From a virus (Duplodnaviria; Caudoviricetes): DNA of 64,000 nucleotides. The stretch covers positions 1 to 64,000 of IMG/VR virus record IMGVR_UViG_3300025707_000003. One strand, written 5' to 3'. Positions 46,182-55,486 of this stretch are shown in pieces (positions within the stretch are counted from its first letter, which is position 1; each line of letters opens with the position of its first letter). The notes beneath the pieces are model-generated. The model did no database searches. It was not told where the DNA came from and worked only from the letters and a program-made list of their open reading frames with translations. Made by a program: the position numbers and the translations under genes.

Positions 46182-48260
46182 TTAAAATCTATACCTCAAC
46201 CTAGAGTACCTAAGACCACTAGACGAGTTTCCTACACAAATCGCTACTGCGTCCTTATCTCCAATCAGCACTGCCTTATCCTTCGCTCTCGTGACAGCGG
46301 TGTAGAGCAAAGAGCGTTGTAAGAGGTTTGAACTATGTTCGGTGGTCATAGGCATAATGATGGTGTCGTACTCAAGACCTTGGCTCTTATGAACAGTCGT
46401 AGCATAAGCGAGTCTCAATAGCTTCCTTACTTGATCAGAAGGGATGTCTACGATTTGATCTTTTACACCTTTGATGAGTACGCTCACGCTTGTTTTATCA
46501 ATCGACCTAATACGACCTATATCACCATTATAAACATTGAGGTCATACTCATTCTTGGTGATCATAACTCGATCACCTACTCGGATTGAATCTTTACCTA
46601 CCCGAATGAAAGCACCTCCTATATCGGGGTTCAAAGCAGATCTAAGCTCTCTGTTAAGATTAGTAACACCCACTTTGCCATGATGAGTAGGACTAACCAC
46701 ATGGAAATCTATTTGATCCATGTGAAGCTCTTTACACCGTCCCACAATTTCATCGAGAATGTCTTGTGAGGTATAACGATCAATGAACTGATAATCTTTA
46801 TTGTGTTGTGGCACTTCACCTGCATGGATCTTGTGAGCGGCAATTGTCACCCCACTCCCCTCTCCTTGCCTAAAGATTTCTGTAAGGTGTTCTCTCGGTA
46901 CTGCGTTCGACTCAATAAGTTCCGAAAGAACAAACCCTGCACCAACAGGTGGAAGCTGTGCTATATCACCTACCATGATGACTCGACACTTGGGTGAGAT
47001 GCCTTTCATCACACGCCACATGAGGTGTAAGTCAATCATAGAGGATTCGTCTATAATGACAACTGACTCTGGTCGAGGATTCTGAGGATTATGTCTCCAT
47101 AGTTCTCGACTTGGGTCATTGCTATTGCCAATACCTTTAACTCCACTTTCTTCATCTTTCTTAACCCCTTCATAATCAGACTTGTCCTTCTTATCCTCTG
47201 AGGGCAATCCTGCACCGAACGCTCTATGGACTGTGAAAGCGTCCATATTGGTTAATGCACTAGCTCGTTTAGCGGCTATTCCTGTGGGGGCGATGAGTAA
47301 GATACTTTCTTTACGATCACGCAAGATTTTACAGAGCGTATTAAGGATAGTCGTCTTACCTGTTCCTGGTAATCCTGTCACGATTGAAAAAGGCTCTATA
47401 AGACCCTGTTGGATTGCTTTGAGTTGTGTATTGGTCAATGGGTAGCGTGAATATGCTTTAATGTCATCAATACTTATTGATTGAAGCATACTATTCACTC
47501 GGAGAGGAGATTTAATTTCTTCGGCAACAGCTACCTCCATTTTATGATAAGAAGGCAAATAAAGGGCAATAGAGGAGTCTTGTGATATCTTATCTACCAC
47601 AATGCGAGTCGGCTTCGCCTCTTTCATCGACTTGATGACTTGACCTATCTCTTTCGGGTTCGTCAAGCCTGTGAGGATAGCAGTATCTTTGAATACCGTA
47701 TTTGTGTCTAAATAACAATGACCTTGATACACACCTTGAAGCATAGACCAAAAGATAGAGGCTTCAACTCGACCTTCATTTTCTGGGTCAAAGTCCTTTT
47801 TAAGAAGCGTCTTAGCAATTTCATCAGCACCTTGAAAAGAGACACCTTTATAAACCAACGACCAAGGGTTTTTAGCAATAGAACTCGGAGATATTTGAAC
47901 ATCATTCCAAATAGAGTTTATGATGTTCAAAGGCACTCCTGCTTCAGACAGACTTGAGATAACCTCGATGGACTCTTGCATAAGAGGGTCAGACCAATCT
48001 GCCCAACTGTAGAGAGCCGACCCTTTAAGATACTTAGGGTTAATCGGATTACGAACTATATCAAGGTTCTTCTTCCCATTACGCTTGTCGAGGACTTCCT
48101 TACCTTGAAAGGTAAATACTTGACCTTTTGAAACAGGGCCTGCAATCTTACCTTTGACCACGATAGGCTTTGTATCGGCCTCAGAAGCTACGATACACCT
48201 TAGAATATAATAAGGTGGGTTGGCAAAAATCTGCCCCAACACTTTGGCAACATAAAACAC
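46182..48260 (-). CDS. recD2: RecD2-like SF1 helicase
   Basis: TGLPGTGKTT, APTGIAA, IDESSM, GDIAQLPPVG, YATTVHKSQGLEY, LYTAVTRAK. Confidence 0.9.
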   Translation of the reverse strand: MFYVAKVLGQIFANPPYYILRCIVASEADTKPIVVKGKIAGPVSKGQVFTFQGKEVLDKRNGKKNLDIVRNPINPKYLKGSALYSWADWSDPLMQESIEVISSLSEAGVPLNIINSIWNDVQISPSSIAKNPWSLVYKGVSFQGADEIAKTLLKKDFDPENEGRVEASIFWSMLQGVYQGHCYLDTNTVFKDTAILTGLTNPKEIGQVIKSMKEAKPTRIVVDKISQDSSIALYLPSYHKMEVAVAEEIKSPLRVNSMLQSISIDDIKAYSRYPLTNTQLKAIQQGLIEPFSIVTGLPGTGKTTILNTLCKILRDRKESILLIAPTGIAAKRASALTNMDAFTVHRAFGAGLPSEDKKDKSDYEGVKKDEESGVKGIGNSNDPSRELWRHNPQNPRPESVVIIDESSMIDLHLMWRVMKGISPKCRVIMVGDIAQLPPVGAGFVLSELIESNAVPREHLTEIFRQGEGSGVTIAAHKIHAGEVPQHNKDYQFIDRYTSQDILDEIVGRCKELHMDQIDFHVVSPTHHGKVGVTNLNRELRSALNPDIGGAFIRVGKDSIRVGDRVMITKNEYDLNVYNGDIGRIRSIDKTSVSVLIKGVKDQIVDIPSDQVRKLLRLAYATTVHKSQGLEYDTIIMPMTTEHSSNLLQRSLLYTAVTRAKDKAVLIGDKDAVAICVGNSSSGLRYSRLRYRF

Positions 48261-48374
48261 GAGAAGTCCTTTCTCTACTTAGGAGATCATTTTCTTGTGT
48301 TATATGATTTAACCCTAATACATCTAGCTGTTCGAGAGGAACTGCTCCATAGTAGTTGAACTCATCTTAGCCCC

Positions 48375-48971
48375 TTATTTTAAAAGATCGAACTCTTCTT
48401 TAGTTATATCTACTGGGTAGGGGTTGGGTTTGATGAGATGAGGATGGAACTCCACAAACATCGGCCCATGACAAACCTTTTGGATTGCGTCAAGATTCTT
48501 CTGTGTGTCTTCCCAAACAGAAACACTTGTGATGTTTGGGTACTTCTTTAAGAGATCAAATACTAACTTGGCTTTATACCTCGCTGTCGATCCAGTTCCT
48601 GGCTTTAAGTGAACCTCATCAAAATCAAGACCCTTCCCCTTTAACAACTCTGCAACACGATAACGCATCGCACCATTGTCATTAGGGCGACCTGTACACA
48701 TGATCGCAAGAGTGTCCATATCAGAGATTGATCTCTTAGCCTCAGAAACAACCCCACCATACCAATAATCCCCACTTGGCTTTTGAGGGACAAAAGGTTC
48801 ACTCAAACTAATTGCCTCATTAAACCAATAGCCCATCTTTTTCTTCGACCACCACTCTGGTGGTTCGGGGCTTCTGAAGAGGGTATTGTCAAAGTCAAAT
48901 ATGTGAAGCTCAAGATTTTCTGAGCTTGTTTTCATATACTTTGTAGCAACTCTCGCAACAAGATTTCTCAT
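48375..48971 (-). CDS. HAD-superfamily phosphatase (Swiss-Army-knife RNA-repair HAD-like) with N-terminal RVA leader
   Basis: HIFDFDNTLFRSP (DxD motif I), CTGR (motif II), LK, WED; class B promoter. Confidence 0.78.
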   Translation of the reverse strand: MRNLVARVATKYMKTSSENLELHIFDFDNTLFRSPEPPEWWSKKKMGYWFNEAISLSEPFVPQKPSGDYWYGGVVSEAKRSISDMDTLAIMCTGRPNDNGAMRYRVAELLKGKGLDFDEVHLKPGTGSTARYKAKLVFDLLKKYPNITSVSVWEDTQKNLDAIQKVCHGPMFVEFHPHLIKPNPYPVDITKEEFDLLK

Positions 48972-49025
48972 GTTCGTTCTCCTTTAAGGTATTATAAACA
49001 ATCAACAGTAATAAAGGATCTACAA

Positions 49026-49907
49026 ATGATTGTTATACTTTCTCCGACATCACAGTTAGCTACCGACACTCTTAGGGTATCAAACCCTCCTGCATTATCA
49101 GTTGAAGCAGAATATGGAGGGTTCGTCCTTGAGGGTACAAAATACACTGCCGCTCACCATCAACCTCTAGGTTCTCCTTATGTTGGAAGACACCTCACAC
49201 CCTTTGGTAGACCTGCCCCTTGTAATGATGCAGGCATACCGAAACTCAATGAAGATGAGGTCGCACTGATCTCTCATATAGACATCGACACTCTAGGTGG
49301 GCTTATGCGAGCTACAGATCAGTTCGTGGATAATGGAGTCTTTTGGTTCTATGCTGAACATATTGACACCAACGGAATCCACAAGGCAAAACAAGACCAC
49401 CCTTGTTGGGTTCTATATAATGGATTAATTGCATGGATTAACGAGAACCACCCAGAGATAGACCCGAAAAGAAACAACGATGTAACCGATTTCTGCTATC
49501 AGGCGTTCGACTTCATTAAAGAAATGCTCACTGATGGTCAGATCGCTACTCAAATGGGTAATGCTCATATCTCTATTCAAGAAAAGCTCGATGAGTCTAC
49601 CCTCGTAGAGATGCGACCCTGTGGCTTGATCGTTAGACGAACAAGAGGAGAAAAGGTAAATCATCTTTATCGTGAAGAAAATGCAGTCATAACCTTCGAT
49701 GAAAAGTATAAGAAGATTAGGATTTCTACTGCTGACCCCATTAAAAATCTATCTTGCAGACGACTCGTTCAAGAATGGTGGGGTGATCGAGCTGGTGGAC
49801 ATGATCAGATCGCAGGTTCTGCAAGAGGTCAAATCATGTCCGAAGATCAGTTTAAAGAAGCAATAGAAAGGTTTGAAACTGAACTGACTAGATCATTACA
49901 AAGGTAA
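49026..49907 (+). CDS. hypothetical protein with weak DHH/DHHA1-like features
   Basis: AHHQ, SHIDID, C-terminal AGGH...AGS. Confidence 0.45.
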   Translation: MIVILSPTSQLATDTLRVSNPPALSVEAEYGGFVLEGTKYTAAHHQPLGSPYVGRHLTPFGRPAPCNDAGIPKLNEDEVALISHIDIDTLGGLMRATDQFVDNGVFWFYAEHIDTNGIHKAKQDHPCWVLYNGLIAWINENHPEIDPKRNNDVTDFCYQAFDFIKEMLTDGQIATQMGNAHISIQEKLDESTLVEMRPCGLIVRRTRGEKVNHLYREENAVITFDEKYKKIRISTADPIKNLSCRRLVQEWWGDRAGGHDQIAGSARGQIMSEDQFKEAIERFETELTRSLQR

Positions 49908-49909
49908 AG

Positions 49910-50503
49910 CTAAAAACCCTTCTCTTTGAGTGTCTTCTTATACTCAGACCATGATCTCCTAAAGGTTAGCATGAAACCCTCAAGATCATCATAAAGACTA
50001 GATGGAGTGAGTACACCAGAGAGCTTAGGTAAACCCCAACCACCGTTAAAGAGATCCTGTAAAAAGTCATCTGTAGATGTGTGGCCAGTATGTTCTCGTT
50101 CATCGCTGAAGTTGATCGAATACTCGACCATCTCTTCACCATAGCTAAACTCGATGTCGATCTGTAAACGATCTTCATCACAGATCATCACACCACAAAA
50201 GTCACATTCTTCCTCTGTAGTTTCTTCGACTCGAAACCCAAGCTCATGTAGAACTTTGAGGAACGCACCAATTGCGTAAAAAGTGTTCTGACCTTCTAGG
50301 ATCTCATCAGTGACCCCACGAACACCATTACGCTTCTCAGTCATGGATTGCTCGATGAGATTCTGTCGAGCGTTTTCCTCGATAGCACACTCAAACATCA
50401 AACCATAAGTTTTAAAGGTATCGAGGACACCTTTTAGTGCTGTGTCAGCTTCAAGAAAGTCTGCGAAGATGAACTTCTCGTCCTCTTGATAATCTTCTTG
50501 CAT
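49910..50503 (-). CDS. acidic hypothetical protein
   Basis: Class A promoter at 50526; GGAGG RBS. Confidence 0.7.
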   Translation of the reverse strand: MQEDYQEDEKFIFADFLEADTALKGVLDTFKTYGLMFECAIEENARQNLIEQSMTEKRNGVRGVTDEILEGQNTFYAIGAFLKVLHELGFRVEETTEEECDFCGVMICDEDRLQIDIEFSYGEEMVEYSINFSDEREHTGHTSTDDFLQDLFNGGWGLPKLSGVLTPSSLYDDLEGFMLTFRRSWSEYKKTLKEKGF

Positions 50504-50602
50504 ATTGTCCTCCGTTCTAAGGGGTATAAATAAAGGGTTACAAATCGACCCTCATATCTACTAACGAACCCTAGAACACAAATCGGACAACTTTTCTTCG
50601 AT

Positions 50603-51166
50603 TTATTTTTTATCTTGACCGAAATCCCAAGGTAAATCGTACATATCTTGACCCGAACGAGCATCTTTCCAACCGATCCTAGCTTGGAGTGAACCACGAG
50701 CGGGGATGATTTCTCCCTTTGCAAGAAGCTCGTTGCTGTATTTAGCTCCCACGCCATTGGTTGCGATGGTGATGTGAGGATCATCATTCTTAACAAGTCG
50801 AGATAGAGGGCCTTTAGGCTCTACAAGTACAGCCATCCCCTTATCATCATGTGCGTAGCCCACGATGTCTAATACAACGGGTTTGCCGATTAGATCAGCA
50901 TAAGGTTCAAGAATGTTGGACTCGGCCCGACCTTCTCTCTTAAGAGCTTTCTTATCCTTTTTATCAAAGAACTCGATGGTCATGTGGTGAGCGGCAACTT
51001 TCCACCCCATTGCTTCGGGATCAAGACCTGCTTGATCCTGAAACCAATTAAGTAAGTCTCTCGTGTCGATAACTGCTTCTGCAAACATAACACTTGCAGG
51101 TTTCTCTTCGGCAAGCTTCCTCATGTGTGTAGAGGCAACTCTTCGGATCATGCGATTGTAGTTCAT
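50603..51166 (-). CDS. 2H phosphoesterase with N-terminal RVA leader
   Basis: Two HxT motifs (AHHMTI, PHITI) about 70 aa apart; class B promoter. Confidence 0.78.
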   Translation of the reverse strand: MNYNRMIRRVASTHMRKLAEEKPASVMFAEAVIDTRDLLNWFQDQAGLDPEAMGWKVAAHHMTIEFFDKKDKKALKREGRAESNILEPYADLIGKPVVLDIVGYAHDDKGMAVLVEPKGPLSRLVKNDDPHITIATNGVGAKYSNELLAKGEIIPARGSLQARIGWKDARSGQDMYDLPWDFGQDKK

Positions 51167-51314
51167 ATTAAACTCCTTTTAGGTTTGATTAAATGCATAT
51201 AAACTAGAGCTTATAAACAATCTACAAATAGAGTGTAACCCCTTATCTATTGAGTTGTGTGGGAAAGGTATATAGACCGAACCCAAACCCCTTACTCCAA
51301 ACAAGGAGATCCCA

Positions 51315-53441
51315 ATGAGAGTTTTCAAGAACAAGTTCGCTAAAAAATGCCAAGTCTGCTCAGTACGAGTAGATGAGGGTCAAGGCTTCACCTATCAGCC
51401 TAATGGTGGTGCTTATACCACCATCTGCAACTCATCTCAGTGTGTGGACGCAAGTCCTGCACAGGTGAAGGCTCTCCTCTCAGCACCCTCTGTGCGAGAG
51501 ATCAACGCTCAAGGAGAGATCAAGATGCCCTATGAGGCTGAAGCTCTCCCCATCTTGCGTGGTATGCCAGGTGCGAGGTGGGATGGTGATCTGAAGTGTT
51601 GGACTGTAAGCCTCGCTCCGAAGGATCGTGAGCGTGTGATGGAAGGGGTTAAGCGTCTTAACCTCAGTTTCCCCATCGGGTTTGATGGTGTTCAGCACGA
51701 CAGCACTGTCTTAGACGCTATCACTCGTGCAAAGAGTGGTGGGGCGTACACCTATCAGCTTGATGGTGTGAAGTTCCTTAGTTCTCACGAAAACTGCCTC
51801 CTCGCAGATGACATGGGCTTGGGTAAGACACTCCAAGCTCTCATGGCTATCGAAGAGGGTGGTCGAGCAATCGTAATCTGCCCTGCAACCTTGAAGCTCA
51901 ATTGGGCGAACGAGGTTCGCAAATGGAGATCTGATCTCTCCCCAGTGGTCTGTAAAGGTCGCAAGGGTTTCAAACTCCCTCAAGCTAACGAGGTGGTCAT
52001 CATCAACTATGACATCTTGCCTACCGAGATGACCCCTACATCTCAGTGGGGCGATGACTCTGAGAATGTGCCACAAGCGTGGCGTGATGTACTTGCAAAG
52101 ACCGTCCTCATCGCTGATGAGGCACACCTCTGTAAGAGCCACAAAGCTATGCGTAGCAAGCGTACAAAGGTTTTGAGCAACCTCTGTCAGCGATCTTGGG
52201 CAATGACAGGGACTCCACTCTTGAGCAAGGGTTTTGACCTTTGGGGAGTGGTCAGCACCTTCGGAATGGGTCGCACAGTGTTTGGTGGATTCAAAGGGTT
52301 CATCAGAGACATGAACGGTTATAAGAACTATCATGGGGGGTATGAGTTCGGCACACCTAACCCATGTGTACCTGAGAAGCTCCGTAGGGTCATGCTTAGA
52401 CGACTCAAGACAGAGGTACTCACAAGCCTCCCTCCTAAGACTTACCAAGATGTACTTGTCGAGGTAGGCTCAAAGCGTCTGCTCAAGATGAGTGAGAAGA
52501 TGCTCAAGGCAATGAAAGAGCATGGCTCAAGCTCACTACCCGACTTTAGCGAGTTTAGTCGAATCCGAGCCGAGCTTGCAAAGTCTCGTATCTCTGCTCT
52601 TGAAGAGATGGTAGAGAGCTTTGAGGAGGCTAACGAGCCTGTGGTCGTGTTCTCAGCACATCGTGCCCCTATCGAAGCTATGGCGAAGCGTCATGGTTGG
52701 GCTGTCATCATGGGTGATACTCATCAGTCTGACCGAGAGGACGCAGTACAAGCCTTCCAAGCAGGTATGCTCAAGGGTATCGCTTGCACCATCAAGGCAG
52801 GTGGTGTCGGGATCACGCTCACCAAAGCAAGCAAGATGATCTTCTGTGATCAAGAGTGGAATCCAGCTCTTAATCTTCAAGCCGAAGACCGTATCTGTCG
52901 TATCGGTCAAACGGCACAAAACCTTCAGTACATCCGACTCGTCAGCGACTGTGCTATGGATCTCCATGTCCTTAAGCTCATCGACAAGAAGAAGGCTCTC
53001 ATCAAGGCTTCGATTGAGAAGGAATGTGGAGCTTTGACCTCTACCACTAGGACTAAGGGAGTGGCGATCAAACAAGAGACTCGCTCAGAGCGTGATGCAA
53101 GGGTAACTAAAGCTATCGCACAACAGGCTCAAAATGAGGTTCTAAGCCAAATCCCTGTGTGGACTAGTGTAATCCCCTCAAAGATCCTCAATCGTTCAGT
53201 AGACACTAATATACAAGCTCAAATCATCACTGCAAGTGAGGCTCTCGATGGAGCGTGTGATGGAGCGACTGATAAAGACGGAATGGGATTTAACAAACCC
53301 GATTCTTATGTGATGAAGAACATCAACTCAAGCGGTATGCTTCACGACCTCGACCAACAAGACCTCCTCAAGTACACATGGTCTAAGTTGATCAAATATC
53401 GAGGGCAAATCGGTCAAGTAGCACCAAGCCTGTTCATCTGA
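51315..53441 (+). CDS. SNF2-family helicase with N-terminal HARP-like domain
   Basis: LLADDMGLGKT, DEAH, MTGTP, MLRRLK, QAEDRICRIGQ; class A promoter. Confidence 0.9.
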   Translation: MRVFKNKFAKKCQVCSVRVDEGQGFTYQPNGGAYTTICNSSQCVDASPAQVKALLSAPSVREINAQGEIKMPYEAEALPILRGMPGARWDGDLKCWTVSLAPKDRERVMEGVKRLNLSFPIGFDGVQHDSTVLDAITRAKSGGAYTYQLDGVKFLSSHENCLLADDMGLGKTLQALMAIEEGGRAIVICPATLKLNWANEVRKWRSDLSPVVCKGRKGFKLPQANEVVIINYDILPTEMTPTSQWGDDSENVPQAWRDVLAKTVLIADEAHLCKSHKAMRSKRTKVLSNLCQRSWAMTGTPLLSKGFDLWGVVSTFGMGRTVFGGFKGFIRDMNGYKNYHGGYEFGTPNPCVPEKLRRVMLRRLKTEVLTSLPPKTYQDVLVEVGSKRLLKMSEKMLKAMKEHGSSSLPDFSEFSRIRAELAKSRISALEEMVESFEEANEPVVVFSAHRAPIEAMAKRHGWAVIMGDTHQSDREDAVQAFQAGMLKGIACTIKAGGVGITLTKASKMIFCDQEWNPALNLQAEDRICRIGQTAQNLQYIRLVSDCAMDLHVLKLIDKKKALIKASIEKECGALTSTTRTKGVAIKQETRSERDARVTKAIAQQAQNEVLSQIPVWTSVIPSKILNRSVDTNIQAQIITASEALDGACDGATDKDGMGFNKPDSYVMKNINSSGMLHDLDQQDLLKYTWSKLIKYRGQIGQVAPSLFI

Positions 53442-53524
53442 AAGGAGAGCAAGAATGGATTTATAATAGCGTATTCATATAAGTATTAACACAACAACAA
53501 AACACTCTATAAGGAGAATCACAA

Positions 53525-55486
53525 ATGCCACACTCACCATTAACAGACAAAAACCCCACTCATTACTTGAAAAGGTTCGGGCGTGATGTCCATCCTTCTC
53601 AACACTTAAGAGAATTGGTACAAAACGCTATCGAGTCAGAAGCGACTAAGATTGACATCCTAAATGAACCCACATTAGCGAAAAAAGACATCCTCAAACT
53701 TTGTGTTCGAGATAACGGTGCGGGTATGACCGCAAGCGAGATGTACAAATACCTTGGTTCGATGAACTCAAGTTCTAAGTCATCGAACTCAGACCCACAC
53801 GAAAACTATGGGATTGGAGCTAAAGTTACAACTGCCCATAACAATCCTTATGGTGTGGTTTTTATGTCATGGACAAAGGGTAATCCTGTGGGGAACTTGG
53901 TCTGGCTTTCACTTGAAAATGATCGCTTTGGAATGAAGTCATTCCCTATCACAGATGAGTTTGAAGATGAAGATGGAGAGGTGTTCACTGAGACCTCAGA
54001 CATTGTTTCTTACATTGACGGTAAAGCCACGAATGTAATCCCACTCCACCATGAAGACTATGGAGACTTTACTGTGGATGGAGTAAACTGGAATAAACAT
54101 AAACCCAGATGTGGGCATGGTTCTGTCGTGGTTCTTATGGGTAAAAGTCTTGAGGACAACTCTTGGACTGATACTGAAGGTAAACTTTATTCTGCTAGGG
54201 GTGTTTCTCATTATCTCAATCAGAGATACGCATATATCCCCAAAGACACAAAGATTAAAGTGCTAAGAGGCAAGGGTAAATTACAATTACGGGTAGAGGG
54301 TCTACTAGCGACTTTTAGAGCAAAAGGATTCCTAAAAAGCCAATCGTTCGTTGAATGTCCAGATGGATTCAAAGTGGAAGTATTGATCACCGAAAAGCAT
54401 TCTACTTGGAGAGAAAAACAAGGCAAAGAGTCTCGCAAACAGTTTGGAGGAAGCTCTCCATTACTCAGTTTCTTTGAAGTCAAAGACATTGAAAAGGGTT
54501 TTGTAGCTGTTCAATACAAGAGTGAAAAGACTACCGAACTTTATAATATACAGAGGGGGATTAATACTGCTAGGGATTGGGGCTTGAGTTGTGAATCAGT
54601 GATCCCAAATGTGAAGTTAATCGTACACCCTCCACAGTTAGATGATACTAATCAAACTAAGGGAGTCTACCCGAATGAAGGTAGAGATCAGCTCTTGTGG
54701 CGAGACTATGGGAGTTTAAAGGGGTCGGGTCGTAAACTTGATCTTAGTAAAGTAAGAGAACACTTTATTAATAATATGCCCCAAGAGTTGAGATCCTTGA
54801 TCGACAATGCCTATGAAGGTTATCAAGGCAAGCAACTTGATATCACAAAGATCTTAAATCGCTGGAAAAGCATCTTTAAATCGAGAAATAATTTGGATGC
54901 TGTTATAGAGTCTCATGCTAAGGGAGATATTAACTTCGACCCCACAGGTATGGGGGGTACTAAAGAGTACGACAAAAAAGAGGTTGGAGACTCTAAAGGG
55001 GGGGTGCGTAAAGGACTTGAGAGCGGAGGACATGGGCATACGGGGGATGAAGAGAATAAAAAAGGCAAGGTTAAAGGTAGGAAAAGAAAGACAAAGAAGC
55101 AAAAAGACATCATTATCAGGTGGGAAACTAAAAGAGACATTGGATTTGATAGTACCAAGACAGAAGAAAAGTTCCTCTTCTTTGCAGTGGAAGACACTGA
55201 CAGGATCGTGGTAACTGGAAACCCAAACCATGACCTTATTAAAGAGGTACTAGCTTTCTTTGTGGTCGAGAATAAAAAAGTACCAAAAGTCTTCATCCAT
55301 GAGACAATAAAAGAGGTATATGAGGGTGAACTTCAATCTTACATCTTACACCTTCTTAACTTCAATAAGAAGAAAGGCTCTTCTGTCACCCCTTATCTCA
55401 CCCACGAGACATTACAATCTAAGTTTATGGGGTGTCATATGCTATGGGGGAAAATTTCAAGGAAGATCAACAATAGGTTTAGATGA
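53525..55486 (+). CDS. GHKL (MORC/Hsp90-like) ATPase
   Basis: LRELVQNA (N box), DNGAGM (G1), YGIGAK (G2). Confidence 0.75.
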   Translation: MPHSPLTDKNPTHYLKRFGRDVHPSQHLRELVQNAIESEATKIDILNEPTLAKKDILKLCVRDNGAGMTASEMYKYLGSMNSSSKSSNSDPHENYGIGAKVTTAHNNPYGVVFMSWTKGNPVGNLVWLSLENDRFGMKSFPITDEFEDEDGEVFTETSDIVSYIDGKATNVIPLHHEDYGDFTVDGVNWNKHKPRCGHGSVVVLMGKSLEDNSWTDTEGKLYSARGVSHYLNQRYAYIPKDTKIKVLRGKGKLQLRVEGLLATFRAKGFLKSQSFVECPDGFKVEVLITEKHSTWREKQGKESRKQFGGSSPLLSFFEVKDIEKGFVAVQYKSEKTTELYNIQRGINTARDWGLSCESVIPNVKLIVHPPQLDDTNQTKGVYPNEGRDQLLWRDYGSLKGSGRKLDLSKVREHFINNMPQELRSLIDNAYEGYQGKQLDITKILNRWKSIFKSRNNLDAVIESHAKGDINFDPTGMGGTKEYDKKEVGDSKGGVRKGLESGGHGHTGDEENKKGKVKGRKRKTKKQKDIIIRWETKRDIGFDSTKTEEKFLFFAVEDTDRIVVTGNPNHDLIKEVLAFFVVENKKVPKVFIHETIKEVYEGELQSYILHLLNFNKKKGSSVTPYLTHETLQSKFMGCHMLWGKISRKINNRFR

